Positions 60,489 through 64,000 of a stretch of DNA of 64,000 nucleotides are shown piece after piece. A model generated the notes under the pieces. It did not search any database. It saw nothing but the letters and a program-made list of their open reading frames with translations, and was not told the origin of the DNA. How positions within the stretch are numbered: the first letter of the stretch is position 1; each line of letters opens with the position of its first letter. Origin of the DNA: Candidatus Aenigmatarchaeota archaeon (GTDB lineage: Archaea > Aenigmatarchaeota > Aenigmatarchaeia > JACPZZ01); the NCBI GenBank assembly GCA_016195275.1, contig JACPZZ010000001.1, forward strand, positions 3,046-67,045. Direction: 5' to 3'. The position numbers were made by a program, and so were the translations under genes.

Positions 60489-61754
60489 ATGGCAAAACCT
60501 CACATCAACGTTGTTTTTGTCGGCCACGTAGATCACGGCAAATCCACTTTGGTAGGCCGAATTCTATACGACTCCGGAAAAATCCGCGAGGATGAGATTA
60601 ACAAATTAAAAGCCATTGCCAAAGAAGTCGGCAAAGAGACTTTCGAGTTTGCATTTGTGATGGACGTAACCAAAGAGGAAAGGGAACGAGGCGTCACGAT
60701 TGACATAAACTGGAAGGAAATTGACACGCCAAAAAACTACATAACTATTATCGATGCGCCCGGACACCGCGACTTCATAAAAAACATGATAACGGGCGCA
60801 AGCGATGCCGACGCTGCCGTATTGGTTGTTGATGCGGACGCGGGCTTGCAGCAGCAGACAAAAGAGCATCTTTTTTTAACGCGCACGCTTGGAATAGACC
60901 AGCTGGTTGTCGCGGTAAATAAAATGGACAAAGTAGGATATGCGAAAGACAAGTTTGATAGGATAAAAAACGAGATTGAAAAACTTTCGAAACTTGTCGG
61001 GTACCAAAACATCGATTTTATTCCCGTTTCCGCGTATGTCGGCGACAATGTTGTCAAGAAATCCGATAAATTGGGCTGGTACAACGGACTGACGCTGTTT
61101 GAGACGCTCGACAAATTAAAGGAACCGGAGAAGCCGGTTAACAAGCCTTTACGCATGCCTGTTGACAAAGTTTACAGCATCAAAGGCATTGGAACAGTTC
61201 CGATTGGCCGCATAGAGACCGGAAAAATGAAAATCGGTGACGCGGTAGCGTTTGAACCGTCCGGCGCAAGGGGCGAAGTCAAATCCATCGAGATGCATCA
61301 CAAACAGTTAACGGAAGCGCAGCCCGGAGACAACATCGGGTTTAACGTGAAAGGCGTTGACAACAAGCAGATCAAACGGGGCGATGTGATGGGAACACCT
61401 GCAAACGTTCCAACGGTTGTCGGCACAAAAGGCTGGATAGAAGCGAAGATTGTAGTTTTAGACCACCCAAACGGCATATCCGCAGGGCATGTGCCATCAA
61501 TGTTCGTACACACAGCCGACGTGCCTGTCCGCATCATCGAAATAATAAGCAGGATAGACCCCGCTTCCGGCCAGGAGGTTGAAAAAAACCCGAAGGTCGT
61601 AAAAACAGGCGAGGCCGCTATATTGAAAATGCAGCCGCTTGTGCCTGTGGTAATAGAAAAGTCCTCGTTCATACCGCAATTGTCCAGATTTGCGTTACGC
61701 GAGGGCGGGATGACAATAGCTGCGGGTGTATGCACAGAGATTAATAAAGGTTGA
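60489..61754 (+). CDS. tuf: translation elongation factor aEF-1 alpha
   Basis: VVFVGHVDHGKSTLVGRILY, IIDAPGHRDF, NKMD and SAY motifs. 421 aa. Confidence 0.97.
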   Translation: MAKPHINVVFVGHVDHGKSTLVGRILYDSGKIREDEINKLKAIAKEVGKETFEFAFVMDVTKEERERGVTIDINWKEIDTPKNYITIIDAPGHRDFIKNMITGASDADAAVLVVDADAGLQQQTKEHLFLTRTLGIDQLVVAVNKMDKVGYAKDKFDRIKNEIEKLSKLVGYQNIDFIPVSAYVGDNVVKKSDKLGWYNGLTLFETLDKLKEPEKPVNKPLRMPVDKVYSIKGIGTVPIGRIETGKMKIGDAVAFEPSGARGEVKSIEMHHKQLTEAQPGDNIGFNVKGVDNKQIKRGDVMGTPANVPTVVGTKGWIEAKIVVLDHPNGISAGHVPSMFVHTADVPVRIIEIISRIDPASGQEVEKNPKVVKTGEAAILKMQPLVPVVIEKSSFIPQLSRFALREGGMTIAAGVCTEINKG

Positions 61755-61779
61755 CAGCTAGAAACAGATGGGTATGGGG

Positions 61780-61816
61780 CTGAAACATATGCCATACGAA
61801 AAGCATATGTTTCTAG
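61780..61816. repeat. CTGAAACAT...ATGTTTCTAG hairpin 7 nt upstream of tRNA-Phe
   Basis: CTGAAACATATGC-catacgaaaa-GCATATGTTTC(T)AG followed by TTACGAC, then the tRNA. Confidence 0.8.
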
Positions 61817-61823
61817 TTACGAC

Positions 61824-61897
61824 GGGTTCGTAGCTCAATCCGGGAGAGTACACGGCTGAAGCCCGTGCTGTTGGGGGTTCAAATCCCTCCGAACCCA
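61824..61897 (+). tRNA. tRNA-Phe (anticodon GAA)
   Basis: GGGTTCG TA GCTC AATCCGGGA GAGT A CACGG CTGAAGC CCGTG CTGTT GGGGG TTCAAAT CCCTC CGAACCC A. Confidence 0.9.
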
Positions 61898-62117
61898 CTG
61901 TTTCATTTTCTCCTTCAATGAATTTTTTTACGTGGTCTGCTTCATTACTGCAACGCCCTAACAGGCTTGAGAACAAAACATTTGGCAGGCGTACCTTCCA
62001 ACACCAACTCAAGCGCCCGGTGTGCGCTGGAACCCACAACGATTCTTTGCTTGTTGATCTTACGGCAGATGCAAACGACGCGTTCTCCCTGAATGCCATC
62101 GTTGACACCTGTAAGAA

Positions 62118-62426
62118 TCATGCAATTACCTTCTTTTCCTTTACGAGCTCATCGATAATCTTGATCGCAGTCTCAATGTCTATCCCAACTTCAGACGCAA
62201 CTTCGTCAGCGTAGATATTAGGTTTTTGTTTAATAATTCTGAGAACCTCGGATTTTATTTTCGCGGTAGGAAGTTTCTTGGGAACAACGAACTCGAATTC
62301 GCGAAGCTTTGAACGCACTGCATCTCTCAAAAAATCCGCTACATTGAGATAATAGCCAAGCTTAACCAACTGCTCTAACCGCTCCCTTTCCGTCTCTGCT
62401 AAACGAACGCCGGACACTGCTTCCAT
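62118..62426 (-). CDS. ribbon-helix-helix (CopG-like) plus winged-helix transcriptional regulator
   Basis: VRLAETERERLEQLVKLGYYLNVADFLRDAVRSKL is an RHH. The C-terminus is IYADEVASEVGIDIETAIKIIDELVKEKKV. Confidence 0.55.
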   Translation of the reverse strand: MEAVSGVRLAETERERLEQLVKLGYYLNVADFLRDAVRSKLREFEFVVPKKLPTAKIKSEVLRIIKQKPNIYADEVASEVGIDIETAIKIIDELVKEKKVIA

Positions 62427-62601
62427 ACAAGCTTAATGGAACCGCTGCCTTAAATTGTTTACGGTTGTAAACGTCCGATACGAAGAGAATTGTGCCCGTG
62501 GCTATGACACTTCGGGACCAAGAGTTATGATCCTAGGGTAGAAAACGCCCCGAACTGCTCTTTTTATATTGAATTTTGGATATTCATTGATGGTTGTTAT
62601 T

Positions 62602-63213
62602 ATGCAGAAAAAAGAAGAATCGGAGCTGGAAGAGAACGCTTACGTAGAGGACAAAAGTTTTACAGAACTCGGTAAAGGTGAACCCCTAAAAGGCGAGCTG
62701 ATTGAAAACCGCGTCATAGTTTTTTCGCACCCTCTGCTGAATGAATTTTTTGAGCATGGATACGGAAAATTCGCGGAAAACCGCTTGGAACTTTCTTTTG
62801 TTGAAGCTCTTTACCTAGCTGACAAAGGAAAACTTGTTGTAACCGCCAAAGGCAGGAAATTGAATTTCGAAGAGCTTTTAAAAATTGCGAACGAAACGGA
62901 CAGGGAGATACACACAACTTACACTGTTTACAAGGATCTCCGTGAAAGAGGGTTAACGATCAAAACCGGTTACAAATTCGGCTGCCACTTCCGCGTTTAT
63001 GAGCGCGGGGTCAAAATAAAGCGCGGTCCGAAAGAAGCGCACGAACACACTAAATGGATTGTACACGCTGTTGCCGAAGATTACACATGCTCGTTCCCTG
63101 AATTGTCGCGCGCTGTGCGATTGGCGCATAACATACGCGCCAAAATGCTTTGGGCCGTGGTCGATCAGGAAAACGACGTGACGTACTACCAGATATTGCG
63201 GATCAAGCCGTGA
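62602..63213 (+). CDS. endA: tRNA-splicing endonuclease EndA (single catalytic-unit length, about 200 aa)
   Basis: YTVYKDLRERGLTIKTGYKFGCHFRVYERG...HEHTKWIVHAV...ELSRAVRLAHNIRAKMLWAVVD holds the catalytic Tyr/His/Lys regions. The ATG at 62590 and the TTG at 62569 are alternative starts. Confidence 0.85.
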   Translation: MQKKEESELEENAYVEDKSFTELGKGEPLKGELIENRVIVFSHPLLNEFFEHGYGKFAENRLELSFVEALYLADKGKLVVTAKGRKLNFEELLKIANETDREIHTTYTVYKDLRERGLTIKTGYKFGCHFRVYERGVKIKRGPKEAHEHTKWIVHAVAEDYTCSFPELSRAVRLAHNIRAKMLWAVVDQENDVTYYQILRIKP

Positions 63214-63229
63214 AACAGACAGTCATAAA

Positions 63230-63314
63230 CTGAAGCATATCGTAATTAGAAAACCTATGGTTTTCTAATTGAGAAAACAGCTGTTTTCTCAATACTGTAT
63301 CGATATGCTTCTAG
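63230..63314. repeat. nested hairpin element: the outer stem CTGAAGCATATCG/CGATATGCTTCTAG encloses the double hairpin 63246..63292
   Basis: The inner hairpins TTAGAAAACC-tat-GGTTTTCTAA and TTGAGAAAAC-agc-tGTTTTCTCAA match 35402..35450. The conserved tail TTGTTACG follows. Confidence 0.8.
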
Positions 63315-63317
63315 TTG

Positions 63318-64000
63318 TTACGCCTTCTCTGTTCTGCCGCCGATTTCCTTTTTCCCGGACAATAACGCCAGCATGGCATACAGGTTTAAAAAAATCTGCA
63401 ACCCTGAAAGGGCGACGAAGGAGGGCAAGGAAAATACCACGTCTTTTGGCTTTAGGAATTTTATGGCCGAACATAGGTATGTTATGAAGCCGGCAAGCGC
63501 GGCAAGCGCGAAATACTGGTTAGACGTTAAAATAAAAAGCGACATGAAGGCTGCTGAAATGGGGGGCACGTAACCGAACACTATTCCAAGCGGCGCCAGT
63601 GTAAACCAGTCTTTTAGCCTGAATTCACGCAACAGTTTGCTGATTTCTGCCTGCTCTCCAAGGGTCCACCTGAGCTGCTGCTTTAGGTACCATTTGAATT
63701 TTGGCGGGGCCTGTTCGCGGCATTTGGCATCTACAACGGAAACTTTTTTCCCGGCAAGGTAAAGCCGGAATGTCATGTTCGCGTCTTCCAAAACAGCCTT
63801 CCTGAAGCCGCCTATTGCATGCAAGGTTTTTTTGCTTATCACATAATTCTTTCCTTGTATTATTCCAGTGCCCAAAAAGCGCGAAAATACGTATTGTGCA
63901 TAGTTCGTGAACGCTGTTTGCAGCCTGAAAACCATGGCGGTTGGGGTTGAACCTTCTTCGACCGTAATGCCTGTGGCAACCCCGTGTTCGCCTATGGAAC
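63318..64000 (-). CDS. family 2 glycosyltransferase; the 5' end runs off the window
   Basis: EDANMTFRL...QQLRW is the GT2 ED and Q-x-x-RW pair, followed by C-terminal TM helices. The frame stays open upstream of the annotated Met to position 64000. Confidence 0.75.
   Translation of the reverse strand, partial: SIGEHGVATGITVEEGSTPTAMVFRLQTAFTNYAQYVFSRFLGTGIIQGKNYVISKKTLHAIGGFRKAVLEDANMTFRLYLAGKKVSVVDAKCREQAPPKFKWYLKQQLRWTLGEQAEISKLLREFRLKDWFTLAPLGIVFGYVPPISAAFMSLFILTSNQYFALAALAGFITYLCSAIKFLKPKDVVFSLPSFVALSGLQIFLNLYAMLALLSGKKEIGGRTEKA

Noticed and set aside
61758-62108. 116-aa minus-strand ORF.
   Set aside because: It overlaps tRNA-Phe and its upstream hairpin, and no motif was recognised.

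Overview
This is a gene-dense archaeal chromosomal segment. Hallmark archaeal genes are a thermosome subunit, aEF-1alpha, aIF-1A, a KH/Dim2-like protein, an NMD3-like protein, topoisomerase VI A and B, the tRNA-splicing endonuclease EndA, and Endonuclease Q. No rRNA genes or CRISPR arrays were seen.

Four themes stand out.

(1) tRNA biology is unusual. There are six tRNA genes. One has a canonical intron: tRNA-Ala(GGC). By manual folding, two carry three introns each: tRNA-Ile(UAU) at 12522..12824 and tRNA-Asn(GUU) at 43203..43382. Families of short hairpin repeats with GAAA/TTTC arms sit just 5' of tRNA genes, 3' of tRNA-Ala, inside the T-loop intron of tRNA-Ile, and in several intergenic regions.

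(2) Self-splicing or homing elements are dense. Two LAGLIDADG inteins interrupt a FlaI/VirB11-type pilus ATPase, and two more interrupt Top6B. A free-standing LAGLIDADG gene lies next to the multi-intron tRNA.

(3) A complete type-IV-pilus-like locus spans about 20.8-34.1 kb. It has several class-III-signal pilins, a tandemly duplicated module of a 2-TM protein plus a pilin, an ATPase, and a split FlaJ/TadC membrane platform.

(4) A gas-vesicle (gvp) cluster spans about 47.3-57.0 kb. It encodes gvpA, N, O, F, G, J, K, L and an H-like protein, plus several unassigned genes, two PadR-type regulators, and a GvpJ fused to a zinc ribbon. Immediately downstream and co-oriented are a MinD/ParA ATPase with a C-terminal amphipathic helix and three paralogous unknown proteins. 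I consider this the best candidate for an undescribed positioning or accessory system.

The window also holds an IS-type DDE transposase next to a toxin-antitoxin pair, an integrase-fragment pseudogene, a cluster of secreted or lipobox surface proteins, and a Lys-rich ORF reachable only by a -1 frameshift at an A6 run.

All calls come from reading the sequence and from motif recognition. No database search was run.
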